Assembly (NCBI RefSeq): GCF_006345805.1
Contig: NC_042997.1
Coordinates: 27,652,001-27,716,000, forward strand
Reading direction: 5' to 3'
Length of the DNA stretch: 64,000 nucleotides
Source of the DNA: Octopus sinensis
Taxonomy: Eukaryota
A program made the translations under genes and the position numbers. How positions within the stretch are numbered: the first letter of the stretch is position 1; every line of letters starts with the position of its first letter. Shown in pieces: positions 63,400 to 64,000 of this stretch. The notes beneath the pieces were generated by a model. The model had not been told where the DNA came from. It searched no databases and worked only from the letters and a program-made list of their open reading frames with translations.

Positions 63400-64000
63400 G
63401 TACGAATTAAGGAATTGCTTCATCGCCCCAAGAACCTAATTTCGTCTATCCTTTTCTCCAGACAGGTAGAGTGTATCCCGTTGATCCAATAACAATAGAT
63501 ATTAAGCTGAAAGTGAATGTTGGGTACTGTTTTTGAAAACTCTTGATCAATGGCCTATAGATGTCCTCATTCTCTTCTATTTTCCTGACAACATTGGTGT
63601 TCAGAGGGCAGCTGACTTCCACAACAGGGCATATATTTTCGTGCTGGTTTCTCACAACAGTATCTGACCGGTTGTGTTACAACTTGGCGGCTGTTTTAAC
63701 TTTTAAGGTCAACCAATATTCTTTTGATCCGTCGGTTTCAATATATGTTTGTCAGTGCTGCTTTCTCTTTTTGCTATCCTGTTCCAGACTGTTCTGAGCA
63801 CTCTCTCGCAGCTGGCAATAACGTGGTTGACGTCTTCAGTGTTGGTTTTGCATATTTGTTTTCTGGCAATCTTACCTGCCTTTTCTGTTGTAGATATTGT
63901 TGTTCTTCAGTTGCGTGGAGTTAACCTTCGAAATGGAAAGTCGTAAACTTATCAGTACTCTATGCCAATCTTTTGACAAGATCAATTCCTTTTATAGCTT
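63400..64000 (-). mobile_element. R4/Dong-like CCHC + RLE fragment
   Basis: EDVNHVIASC, EYWL..KL*HNRSD, VVEVSCPLNTN..IVIGSTG. Confidence 0.8.

Overview
AT-rich, microsatellite-dense eukaryotic DNA; the SINE families and simple-repeat content suggest an octopus/coleoid cephalopod (inference). One host gene could be rebuilt by hand and is invisible as a whole in the ORF track: a 7-coding-exon, minus-strand gene (ATG 38522 to stop 13190; 744 nt, 247 aa). It encodes a type I membrane protein of the CD-MPR/ATG27-like family (signal peptide, one MRH-like domain, TM, tail ending YENI). Almost everything else is mobile DNA: two Penelope-like element (PLE) remnants; HERO, R4/Dong, Tx1/L1, CR1-group and RTE LINEs; Helitrons; mariner/maT, hAT and Chapaev-like DNA transposons; and three tRNA-derived SINE families. 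The most notable non-coding signal is eight type I hammerhead ribozyme (HHR) or HHR-like motifs in three families. Family A includes a 191-bp direct-repeat pair whose only two differences fall on opposite sides of the same G10.1-C11.1 pair. Family B lies in ~700-bp inverted PLE arms within intron 1 of the host gene. Family C has a non-canonical core. Other notable points are a shared, covarying 3' tail structure linking the dominant SINE to a CR1-group LINE, three Tx1 ORF1 paralogues in tandem, and an R4/Dong LINE that can be rebuilt around three nested insertions. All analysis was by eye; no searches or folding programs were run, and TE boundaries without TSD/TIR support are approximate.
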